Source: a virus
Taxonomy: Duplodnaviria; Caudoviricetes
Virus record (IMG/VR): IMGVR_UViG_3300044844_000500
Location: 1-62,839 of that record
DNA: 62,839 nt
Strand: one strand, 5' to 3'
Below, one piece after another: positions 45,763 through 54,871 of this stretch. Position numbers and translations under genes: made by a program. Below the pieces are notes generated by a model. That model was not told the DNA's origin. It saw only the letters and a list, made by a program, of their open reading frames with translations, and searched no databases. Each line of letters opens with the position of its first letter. Position 1 is the stretch's first letter.

Positions 45763-45819
45763 GGTGATTCCATGAAAGCAGTCGGTTTACCACACCGACT
45801 GAAAGCGGTCTTACAGAGC

Positions 45820-46092
45820 CTAGTATATGCGAACCGGGCGATTGCCGTCCTTCTTTTTGACAATCTGCACAGCCTTCTGCACTCCTTTGGGCGTCGAAAT
45901 CATCGTTCCGCCCTTGGCCATCTTGCGCGCCTTGCCCGCCTTCTCGTATGCAATAGCCGCCGCCTGCTTGGTGGCCGCTTTTACGCTCTTGGGCTTGCTC
46001 GTACCAAGCTTGCCCGACTCCTTGTACGATCGGACCATCTCACCAATGTTGGAACTAATGGTCTTTTGACTTGAACCACGTTTAAGCGGCAT
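45820..46092 (-). CDS. Small basic protein
   Basis: MPLKRGSSQKTISSNI...KQAAAIAY..A...MAKGG; ATG 46092. Confidence 0.8.
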   Translation of the reverse strand: MPLKRGSSQKTISSNIGEMVRSYKESGKLGTSKPKSVKAATKQAAAIAYEKAGKARKMAKGGTMISTPKGVQKAVQIVKKKDGNRPVRIY

Positions 46093-48409
46093 TTCTAGCT
46101 CCTTGAGATTGCATGGTCTTGACTTCCTGCAAGCGCAGGCGTTGCTGGTTGAGCTGATTGTTCTGCTGAAGCTTTTGTTGGTCAAGTCCCAAGCGCTGTT
46201 GCTCCATCTGAATGCGTTGTTGATCGGCCTGCGCACGCTGTTGAATCTCCATGCGTTTCAGTTCGATCAACGGATCCTCTCCACCCTCGCCAGAAAGCTT
46301 GCCTTGCAGGTCTTTCATCTCCTGCATGTACGTCGCAACCTTGATGGCGACCATGCCTTCCTTCTGGATTGGCGAAACCATGCGGTCAGGATCAGTGCCA
46401 TACGTCTTGAAGAGGTCTGCTTCCACATCCTCCTCCGCTTTCAGCCGGATGTGCTCCAAAATATGCTTTTGCAACTCCATTGCCGACATCGGATTGGACT
46501 GCAAGAGCGGTGACATGCCCATCATCAGGTGTGCGGCGATGTGTGCATCATGTTGCTGGCCTGCAAACGCCTTCAACTTCATGCCGTTCAGTACATCGCT
46601 GTTCTCGGCCGCCGGATCACGGGGCATATTCGTGTTTTGGGGCATCAAAATGCCGTCGATATCCCGAATGTTGAGCGCCGCGTACATCCGATAGTACGCC
46701 TCGTACATGTTGTGCATGTTCGGCGCGCTCTGGGCAAGCTGCAACTGCATCTGAGCAAGCTGAATACGCTGCGCAGTGCTGAAAATGTTGGGATCGGCCA
46801 CCGGCTGGACCGAAACCATGCGACTGAAGTCCGCCTTTTTGATTCGGCGGCTTGCTCCAGGCACATCGTAGGGGTATTCGTCCGGCAAATAGTACGCAAA
46901 GCCCTCAAAAAGCAGTCTGAACTCGAGCGTTTGCGCATAATGAAGCCGTTTGTGGATGCTCGACATCACCATCGAGCCCCGTTCCAGGAGCGCAAGCGTC
47001 GTTCCGACCTGCGCGTACTGGTTTCCATCCCCCACTTGCATGTCCGCTGTGCTCGAAAGCCGCTTTCCAGCGTCCACCAAGAAGCCCAACAGCGCAAAAA
47101 GCACTTGACTGGGCTCTTTGTAGGGCAGCGGCATGAGCGACGCGCTCAATTCCGCCCCACCCGCATCAATATCGCGCCATTCCCCAGGCTGGATCGGGTC
47201 CGAATCGTCCGCGATCCGCGCGCCTTTGGCCTTGAACCCCGCCGGCAGGTTCGCCAGCGTGCCCGCATCGATCAATTGGCGCAGCGCACTGGTCGCTGCC
47301 TTGGACAAACCACCAATCAAGTGCACAAAACCAAGGCCATAGGCCCCCGGACCCTCAACCAAGACGTAGTGAACGAAGTAGTTCCGACGATTTTTTTGCT
47401 CGTCGTTCTCTTTCCAGTTCCTCCGAATGCCTATAACCTGCAACGAATCCTCGGCCAAGGTCACCACATAGGGCAACTTCACCCCAGTTGGGTTGCCATC
47501 TTCGTCCTTGTCCTCAAAACCAGGGATGTCTAGGTCAACCAACTGCTCAAGCAAGAACACTTCGCCCACGTCATCGGTCGGCTGCACGCCCACAACCTTG
47601 TCCGTTGCCGCTTGGATGGGGCTCGGATCGGCTGGCGCGGCCGACGTTTCCACCGGGATGTCCAAGTACTCACCCGCAAGCACCCGCTTTTTGTACTCGT
47701 TCGAATCCATCGCGATGCGATGCGTCAGTCGCGGGCACTGGGACACGACACTTGAGCCGTTATACGGGATGTACACGTCATCGGCCAAGCAAAGCTTGGA
47801 CACCATGCGCTTTAGCTGATGGTCGTAGTAGACCTTCTTGAACGTCGAGCCGCCGTAGCCGGTGTAAAAGAGGAGCTGGTCGAACTCGGGCGTGTACTCT
47901 TCCATCACGGTCGTGATTTGGTAGTTCATAAAGTCCTGCACGCGACCTGCCTGCTGGTACTTCTCGACCGTTTCTTTGCCCATGATTTGCGTGCGCACAG
48001 GGCCACCCGCCGGCAGGAGCTCTTTCAAAGCCTGCGCCTGGAACTGGATGATCGCTTCCATCAGCATGGGATGAGCGACGCCCGCCGCGCCCCGGAAGGG
48101 CTTCGTGCGCTCTTCCATCCGCAAGCCCAAAAGATCAAGGCCCTTGGCGAACATGTTTTCCCAGTCGGACCGCGAACCCTTGTCCGCTTCGAACATCGCC
48201 GATACGTCGATCGAGATCTTGGCCAAAGCCTCCGGCTCGATCACACCCGCGAGGTTGGCGTAGAAGTCAACCTCCTCAGCTTCGTCGCTTCCGATTTCGA
48301 TTGTCGCGCCGCCGTCTTCGTCGATCTCGATTTCAATGTCAACTGGCTCGTCTTCGAGCGCGATGATCCCGAGTGACGGGGCAGGATTTACAGACTTGTC
48401 GATAGGCAT
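46082..48409 (-). CDS. Portal protein
   Basis: 775 aa; GSTFKKVYYD, YGLGFVHLIGG, LIDAGTLANLPAGFK; Gln-rich coiled-coil barrel. Confidence 0.9.
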   Translation of the reverse strand: MPIDKSVNPAPSLGIIALEDEPVDIEIEIDEDGGATIEIGSDEAEEVDFYANLAGVIEPEALAKISIDVSAMFEADKGSRSDWENMFAKGLDLLGLRMEERTKPFRGAAGVAHPMLMEAIIQFQAQALKELLPAGGPVRTQIMGKETVEKYQQAGRVQDFMNYQITTVMEEYTPEFDQLLFYTGYGGSTFKKVYYDHQLKRMVSKLCLADDVYIPYNGSSVVSQCPRLTHRIAMDSNEYKKRVLAGEYLDIPVETSAAPADPSPIQAATDKVVGVQPTDDVGEVFLLEQLVDLDIPGFEDKDEDGNPTGVKLPYVVTLAEDSLQVIGIRRNWKENDEQKNRRNYFVHYVLVEGPGAYGLGFVHLIGGLSKAATSALRQLIDAGTLANLPAGFKAKGARIADDSDPIQPGEWRDIDAGGAELSASLMPLPYKEPSQVLFALLGFLVDAGKRLSSTADMQVGDGNQYAQVGTTLALLERGSMVMSSIHKRLHYAQTLEFRLLFEGFAYYLPDEYPYDVPGASRRIKKADFSRMVSVQPVADPNIFSTAQRIQLAQMQLQLAQSAPNMHNMYEAYYRMYAALNIRDIDGILMPQNTNMPRDPAAENSDVLNGMKLKAFAGQQHDAHIAAHLMMGMSPLLQSNPMSAMELQKHILEHIRLKAEEDVEADLFKTYGTDPDRMVSPIQKEGMVAIKVATYMQEMKDLQGKLSGEGGEDPLIELKRMEIQQRAQADQQRIQMEQQRLGLDQQKLQQNNQLNQQRLRLQEVKTMQSQGARNAA

Positions 48410-48424
48410 GATGTGTCCTTGGCG

Positions 48425-48658
48425 TTATCTAAAACGCGCGGTCTTCTTGGCAATGGCCTTGGGCTGTTTGACGAACTGCTTGCCAGCGGCCTTGCCTGCC
48501 CGCTTGGCTCTTGTGGTCGCTGCGTATTCTTGCGGGGACAAGGACTTGATGGCGGCCTCCGGCAGATAGCGCTCGCCGGTCTTAGAGGATGGCTTACCGC
48601 TCTTGGTCCGCCATTTTTGGGCGGTCCAATTTTTCAGGCTTTGCTGCGGCGCTTTCAA
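48425..48658 (-). CDS. Small basic protein, DUF5872-like C-half (copy 2)
   Basis: Paralogue of 30595..30825; TTG start overlapping upstream TGA. Confidence 0.8.
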   Translation of the reverse strand: MKAPQQSLKNWTAQKWRTKSGKPSSKTGERYLPEAAIKSLSPQEYAATTRAKRAGKAAGKQFVKQPKAIAKKTARFR

Positions 48659-48855
48659 TCTTTATACCCTCCGCCCTTGGCCTTGTACTGCTTCGCCAAG
48701 AGCTGGGCTTTTCTCGCGGACCACTGGCCTGCGGCCGTACCTTGCGTTGCCGAGGCCTTGATCCTGCTGAACAAAGCTTTCCGCATGCCGGGCTTCGTGT
48801 AGTTGCCTGCTTGGTTCACGCGGCTCTTACTTGCTTTGGTGCTCTTGGTTGCCAT
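48655..48855 (-). CDS. Small basic protein, DUF5872-like N-half (copy 2)
   Basis: Paralogue of 30822..31004. Confidence 0.8.
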   Translation of the reverse strand: MATKSTKASKSRVNQAGNYTKPGMRKALFSRIKASATQGTAAGQWSARKAQLLAKQYKAKGGGYKD

Positions 48856-48869
48856 GGCTGTGCCTTCGC

Positions 48870-51800
48870 TCACGCGGCCTTCAGTTTAGCAAGCTGGCCC
48901 TTGGCCGTCGAGGTGTCTACAAGACCCCCTTGAGCGTAGCCTCTTTGAAGTTGATCTCCAAGCTTTGACATCCACGTGTCCAAGATGTCTTGTGGCATCT
49001 CGTTTTCAACCGCCATCTGCCTCAATTCATCCAAAGAGTAAAGGCCTGGAGGAATGGTCTTAGAGAACCCTGGCAGGCGCTGGCCTTCGGTCACACTGAC
49101 CAGTCCAGCGTTTTGAAGATCACCGATCGATTCCCAATTGCCGCTTCTTACGAAGTCCTGCACGAAAGGCAAGTACTTTTCCTTGGGCGCGGCATTGCTC
49201 TTTCCCTTGATCTGAGTGATCTGGCTGAGATCGTTTTTTCCCTCCATAAGCTCAACCACTCGCTCTGCAAAAGCTTGGCCACGGAGCCCTTCTGCCCGCG
49301 CCTGTTTTGCTGCTTGATCCTGAGAAATACCTGGAGTAGAACCGACCTCGATCGTCACGTGGGGTTCGCCTTTCTCATCAACCAAAGAGTAGACTTTTGC
49401 TCGTCCGCTTTTGATGGCTTCCCAGCCGCCATGGCCGTAACTGGGATTACCAAACCTTTCGGACGCCTCTATCCAGTCGGGATGTCCTTTTGGAGGCTCG
49501 TACCCTCGAACAGAGTGCCCCATGGCCTCAGACTCGGCGACAAAGGACCCTGGACGATTGAGCTCAATCCAACGGAATTTTTCTGGGTATTCTTTGTAAA
49601 CCGGAAGCCCCTCCCTGGCTGACGCGCGAGCTGCGTTTGCTTTTGCAATCAGCTCCTGGTCGTATTCAAATGTCCTGCGAACTGCTTGGTCCATTGACAC
49701 CTTGTTCAACTGTTCGGGACGAATGCGCCCGCTGGCAAGGTCTTCCCGAAGAACATCGACCACGTGGTCAAACCCGAAGTTCCTCATAAGACCTCTGGCG
49801 GTGTAGACCTGGGTCTCGTCTGGCAGCTTGTAAATCCAAGGGTTCTGAATTGCCAAAAGCTCATCATCCCCCTCGTTAAACGACTTGTCGTTTTTGTAAA
49901 ACGACGCAGGCCTGGGATCAATCATGCGGTCCGTCAAATCTTCCCATGCTTGGCCTTGAGCGGTCTGCGACACAGGTGCTGGAGGCATGCCGGCCGTCGT
50001 GCGCTTTTGCGCAAGAGACATTCCTGGGGTCAGTTGTAAATTTTTGGCAACAATCCCTTGTTCCGCGAGCAGTCGAACGGGATCGTCCACCGTGCCCATT
50101 TCTTTTTTGACATAGTTCGTCAGGTTTCGGTCGATCCACTGGTTTAAGGCAACATTCTTCGGCTCGTCCTCAAGCCTTCTGATTGCATTGTCCACCTGCC
50201 ATTGGGAGGCATAGGGCCTTGGACCGGGCTTGTTTGAGATTCCCGCAATATCTTCCAACAGGGATTTTTCTTCCGCTGTCATTTCGTCGCTTTTGAATGC
50301 GGCCAATTGCTCTTCGACAGGGCCTTTGAGCCAGTTCCCTCCCTTGGGCTTGATGACATACGACGCTCCTGCGGGGCCCAAGGCACGGTTGTACTGCTGG
50401 AAGTCCTCGGCCAACATTCGCGCTGCCTCGCCCGCTTTCTCCGCGCCACGGGCCGCTGCACGCACCGGTGCCGCCGGGTTGACAAGGCTGCTTCCGATGT
50501 CGGCGGCTGAGTACAGGGCGCGCTGCGTGGGGTCCGTAGGCGGCTCAGGCCGCACGCCAAGGTCCGTCATTTTTTGCTTGATCCACTCACTGCCCATGAC
50601 CGGGCGCTCTGAGCCCAGCCCAGCCGGCGTCAAGAGCATGTTCGCCAAGTCAACCGGCGCACCGACGAGGTTGTACGGCATGTTCGCCACGCCCTGCGCA
50701 ACTGCGCGACTCAATGCTTCGTTTTCTTCTTGAGTCGCGCGTCGGCGCGTGCGCTGCTGCAAAGGTTTGCCGGACCGGAACGGATCGTCGTATTGCGGCC
50801 GTGCTTCTTTCTCACTTTCTTCGGAGGACTTTTTTACCTCACCGCCTTCCTCAAACCGGCGCTTGGTCAGGGAGCCTTTGGTAAGTGAAGGTTTTTCCAA
50901 GGTCGGGGCGTTGAACGTGTCACGAGACAGGCCACGGGCCATGTTCTCCGCCTCTCGCGCCTTTAGCTTGTACGTTCGTGCAAGCTCCATGAAGTCGTCT
51001 TTGGCCGTGTTCTTGAGTGCCTTGGGCGATGTGCCTTTGCTCGTGGTCAACGACTCGACTTCCATCGCCATGCCCTTACCAAAGCCCTCACTGCTCTTGG
51101 CTTCCAACGGCCGCTTCGTGATCTTTTTGACCGTCTTTGTAGACGGCGTTTCACTGTAGCGCGTCTCACTCATGCCCGGCATTTCCTGGAGCATGTTGCG
51201 CGACTCGCTGTAGTACTCCGGATCGTCCCCGTACAGGTTGTATTCGTTCACGCGCTGCAACAAGGCGTCCGTGCTCACGTCCCCGCCGCGCGCAAATGCG
51301 AACACCGGGCGCGGCATCATCGGCGAACGAATCATGTTGCCCAGCCGGTCCGTCATGTAGCCCATGTTGCGCTGACCACCCAGCGGCTGCGGAGCGAGTG
51401 ACGGGTTCTGCTGCAAAAGGTCCACGGCCGTCGGGCCTTGGTAAGTCATAACTGGGATGTAGGGCCGCGTGCCCGGCATACCCCGAGCAACAGGCTTTGG
51501 GGGAACAGGCGTAGGCGCGGGTGCTGGCGCGGGCGGCAAAATGGGTGAAGGAACCGTCGGCTGGCGCGGCGTCTCCTGGCCCGGGAGCCGTGGCCCAACA
51601 AAATCTGGCGGCAACGGTGGATAGTCCGTCCCAGGGCCTGATAGCGGTGGCGTCGAGGGCTTCCATCCCTTGGACACGGCCAACGCATCGGCCGACGTGA
51701 TTCGCCCGTCCCCATTGGTGTCGTACTGCAAATCCGGCGTGATCTTTTTGACCGCCATCTGCAAAACCCGCTCCGCCAATGCCTGATTAGGATTAGCCCC

Positions 51801-53150
51801 TTTAGGTGGCTGTGCTACAGGCGGCTGTGACTGCTTTGGCGGCAGCGGCGGTCCTACGAAATCCGAGGGCGGGGACTGGTTTGGTTGGGGCAAGAAAATC
51901 GGTGCGCCCATGTTCGGCGACGAGTTAACCGGCGGGGTATTGGTCGTCGGGCTCGGAAGCGGTTGATTACTTACCGGGCTGTTGTCCCACCACTGGCCAC
52001 CGGAGTAAAACTTCTGACCGTCTGGAGATTTAATCGGGGCATACTCGCTTTCGCGACCGCCCACGCCCGAAATTGGCTTAATAAGTGCGGGCCCTCCACG
52101 AACGATCAGATCCTCCCTACGAGAGTCTGGCGCTGGCTGGGTAGCCGCTGGGGGTGCAACGGTGGGGGCTTGACGCGTGGGTTGTGACGGCGTTGTCGCT
52201 CCACGGATCAAGGACCCAAAGTTAAAGGTCGGCACCGGAGAGACGCCCGTGGGAATCGGCGATCCGCTTAGCCCCTTTTGCCCAGCCGCGCCTACGCCCG
52301 GCGTCTCGACCAACGGCGATACGGGGGATCGGGGGGTTGTTGATGTTGCTGCTGCGGCCGATGGCGGTGTTGCTGACGCAGGTGTTGCCGCTGCCGATGT
52401 TGCCGCCGGTGGTGGCAGATTTGAGGCCGCGATGACAGCCGCCACCTGATTGGAGATTGGCCTTAACACAGAAGCAAAATACTCCGGCAACCCCGTCTTC
52501 GGATTGATCGTCCCCGCCCCGCCCATGCCCTTGAGCATGTCCCGCGCCGAAGGACTTAAATACGCCAGCTTCGTGTCCCCGTTGCGCCCGGCTTTCGCCA
52601 CACGCCTCAACATATCCTTTGCCTTCACCTCGCCTCCCTTCGCCATAAAGGCACTGGCCACGGACAACGAGCCCAGGTTGTATTTGCTCGGATCACTGAC
52701 CACGTCAATCGCAAGCCCTCGCTGTGCAGCCGCTTCCTGCGCCCGCCGGGCCGCCGCCTTCTGAAACTCCACCACCGCCTGCGGGTCAAACGACACCTCC
52801 GGCTTGGCAACCGTGAACGGCGCTAACTCCGGCGCGGCCGGCCCAGCATAGTCCTCGGTCCGTGGCCCTTCATTCCAGGCGTTGATCGACTTTTCGTATT
52901 CCCCATACGCTTTTTCGTAAGGGGTATACACGTCCCGGTTGTACGCCTCTACCGCCCGATCGTACGCCGCCAACCTTTCAAGATCCGCCTGCTTCCCCTC
53001 CAAATACTCCCGGTCCGCCTTGGACAAGAAAGGCTGCTGGCTCGGGTTCGCTATCCCCCCGAACGCAAACCGCTGAACAGGCATCTCACTGTTCAGGTCG
53101 TTAGGCACCGATACATTTTCAGCGCCCTGGAAAGGCAGGTAATTAGGCAT
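48870..53150 (-). CDS. 1426-aa multidomain virion-associated protein with C-terminal PcfJ-like domain
   Basis: Five xxGG tags, GRNGDT module, Pro-rich region, DTNGDGRITSAD loop, E..AMGHSV.GY...YSL.D..G.PHVTIEV...QIKGK.N. Confidence 0.8.
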   Translation of the reverse strand: MPNYLPFQGAENVSVPNDLNSEMPVQRFAFGGIANPSQQPFLSKADREYLEGKQADLERLAAYDRAVEAYNRDVYTPYEKAYGEYEKSINAWNEGPRTEDYAGPAAPELAPFTVAKPEVSFDPQAVVEFQKAAARRAQEAAAQRGLAIDVVSDPSKYNLGSLSVASAFMAKGGEVKAKDMLRRVAKAGRNGDTKLAYLSPSARDMLKGMGGAGTINPKTGLPEYFASVLRPISNQVAAVIAASNLPPPAATSAAATPASATPPSAAAATSTTPRSPVSPLVETPGVGAAGQKGLSGSPIPTGVSPVPTFNFGSLIRGATTPSQPTRQAPTVAPPAATQPAPDSRREDLIVRGGPALIKPISGVGGRESEYAPIKSPDGQKFYSGGQWWDNSPVSNQPLPSPTTNTPPVNSSPNMGAPIFLPQPNQSPPSDFVGPPLPPKQSQPPVAQPPKGANPNQALAERVLQMAVKKITPDLQYDTNGDGRITSADALAVSKGWKPSTPPLSGPGTDYPPLPPDFVGPRLPGQETPRQPTVPSPILPPAPAPAPTPVPPKPVARGMPGTRPYIPVMTYQGPTAVDLLQQNPSLAPQPLGGQRNMGYMTDRLGNMIRSPMMPRPVFAFARGGDVSTDALLQRVNEYNLYGDDPEYYSESRNMLQEMPGMSETRYSETPSTKTVKKITKRPLEAKSSEGFGKGMAMEVESLTTSKGTSPKALKNTAKDDFMELARTYKLKAREAENMARGLSRDTFNAPTLEKPSLTKGSLTKRRFEEGGEVKKSSEESEKEARPQYDDPFRSGKPLQQRTRRRATQEENEALSRAVAQGVANMPYNLVGAPVDLANMLLTPAGLGSERPVMGSEWIKQKMTDLGVRPEPPTDPTQRALYSAADIGSSLVNPAAPVRAAARGAEKAGEAARMLAEDFQQYNRALGPAGASYVIKPKGGNWLKGPVEEQLAAFKSDEMTAEEKSLLEDIAGISNKPGPRPYASQWQVDNAIRRLEDEPKNVALNQWIDRNLTNYVKKEMGTVDDPVRLLAEQGIVAKNLQLTPGMSLAQKRTTAGMPPAPVSQTAQGQAWEDLTDRMIDPRPASFYKNDKSFNEGDDELLAIQNPWIYKLPDETQVYTARGLMRNFGFDHVVDVLREDLASGRIRPEQLNKVSMDQAVRRTFEYDQELIAKANAARASAREGLPVYKEYPEKFRWIELNRPGSFVAESEAMGHSVRGYEPPKGHPDWIEASERFGNPSYGHGGWEAIKSGRAKVYSLVDEKGEPHVTIEVGSTPGISQDQAAKQARAEGLRGQAFAERVVELMEGKNDLSQITQIKGKSNAAPKEKYLPFVQDFVRSGNWESIGDLQNAGLVSVTEGQRLPGFSKTIPPGLYSLDELRQMAVENEMPQDILDTWMSKLGDQLQRGYAQGGLVDTSTAKGQLAKLKAA

Positions 53151-53184
53151 GGCTCACGGCTCCCGGCTCACGCCATTGTAGTCG

Positions 53185-54651
53185 TCAATAGTACTCCGGA
53201 ACAAGATCACGCTGCACAGGCTCCCCCCAATCATCCGTCTTCAAACTCACAAAGTTCCCCTGCCGGAACCGCATTAGCGCCATCGTCGTCACGTCCACCA
53301 TGTCGTCATTGTCCCCGTTCGGGAACGACGCACACTCCTCCACCAACTGCTCGGCCCAGTCCGTGTCCGGGGCCCACACAATCCCCGACTCCAATACCGG
53401 CGCAACCGCATTGGCCCGCGCCACCTTGTCCGTCCCCGACCTTCGCCCGCCCGGCGAATACGTCGTCACCGGAATGTTCATCCGCCGCAACTCCTGCTGC
53501 AACGGCGTCCCCGTCGCCTTGGCCTCAATCAAAAGGTTGTCCGGCTGCCAGTGGTCATACTGCTCTTTCGCGACCCGCTTCAACTCCGGAAAGTCCCACC
53601 GCCCACGCTTCACGTCCAACAAGATGATGTGCGCGCCCGAGTCCTCGTCCGGATAAAACACTCCCCACGTCGTAATCACCGAGTAGTCAGCCGTCTCCTT
53701 CTTCGAGTACGCCGTGTCCATCGTCTGAATGATGTAGTTCACGATCGGCGGGTCATCGTGCGGCCACACGCGCCACCACTCCCGCTTCAGAATCGCACCC
53801 TCATCGTTCGTGGGCTGCTGCTGGTACATCGCATTCCACTTTTGCACCGACAACGACGCCTTGACAGCATTCAACTCCTCCAGCTTCCAAAACTCCGGCC
53901 ACAACGGCCGGCCACTGGGCAATATCGCCGGGAACTCAATCACCTCCCACTTGTCCGCGTTGTGACTGGACTGCGCCTTGATCAAGCGCGCCGTCAGATC
54001 CTTCGTCCCCCACCGCGTCATCACCAGGACCACGGCCCCGCCCGGCTGCAAACGGGTGCGGGGGCCAGAGCTATACCACTCCCACGCGTTGTCCAAAGCA
54101 AGATCACTCAACGCATCCTGCTCCGAATGCGGGTCGTCAATAATCAAAACGTCCGCACCCCGCCCAGTCATCGCCCCACCCACGCCGACAGCAAAATACT
54201 CCCCACCTTTGTTCGTGTCCCACCGGCCAGCAGCCTTTGAGTCCTGCTTCAAACTCACATCCGGAAACACTTCTTTGTATACGTCCGTGTCCATCAGGTC
54301 CCGGACCTTCCGGCCAAAGCGCACGGCAAGTTCGCTGTTGTGGGTCGCTTCAATGGCCTTGGTTCGCGGATCACGGCCCATGAGATAGGCAGGCAAGAGA
54401 TAAGACGCAAACTCAGACTTCGTGTGTCGAGGCGGCATGTTGATGATCAGCCGCTTCAAGGTTCCCTTTGCAATCCTGTCAAAAGCTGTCGCCATCTTCG
54501 AGTGGTGAGGACCAAGGATCGCGGCCGGCCAGACGTACTTCACGAAGTCCAGGAAGTTGTTCCTGGCGCGTTCTTGCGCCTCAAGCTGCGAGAGCCGCAG
54601 CTCCAAACGAAGACGTTCCGCTTCTAACTCTTCAGGGATCAGATTTGACAT
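53185..54651 (-). CDS. terL: Terminase large subunit
   Basis: INMPPRHTKS, LIIDDP, VMTRW, IEAKATG, FPNGDNDDMVD. Confidence 0.95.
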   Translation of the reverse strand: MSNLIPEELEAERLRLELRLSQLEAQERARNNFLDFVKYVWPAAILGPHHSKMATAFDRIAKGTLKRLIINMPPRHTKSEFASYLLPAYLMGRDPRTKAIEATHNSELAVRFGRKVRDLMDTDVYKEVFPDVSLKQDSKAAGRWDTNKGGEYFAVGVGGAMTGRGADVLIIDDPHSEQDALSDLALDNAWEWYSSGPRTRLQPGGAVVLVMTRWGTKDLTARLIKAQSSHNADKWEVIEFPAILPSGRPLWPEFWKLEELNAVKASLSVQKWNAMYQQQPTNDEGAILKREWWRVWPHDDPPIVNYIIQTMDTAYSKKETADYSVITTWGVFYPDEDSGAHIILLDVKRGRWDFPELKRVAKEQYDHWQPDNLLIEAKATGTPLQQELRRMNIPVTTYSPGGRRSGTDKVARANAVAPVLESGIVWAPDTDWAEQLVEECASFPNGDNDDMVDVTTMALMRFRQGNFVSLKTDDWGEPVQRDLVPEYY

Positions 54652-54871
54652 AACGCGGCTTTCTTCAAGTTTTACTTTAACTTTGGATCCACGTGAAACC
54701 AAAATTTATGGGGGAGTGCAGCAATCATAGAACAAGGGGGTGGGTTTTTGGAACAAGGCAAAGAGGGCCAAAGCTGGGTGGAAAAGGGGACCCAATTCTG
54801 TTTTGAGCAGCATTTAGCGTGTGAAATCGGGCCAAGGCCCGCGCAGCTCGCGACCCGGTCTGTTTTTTGGC

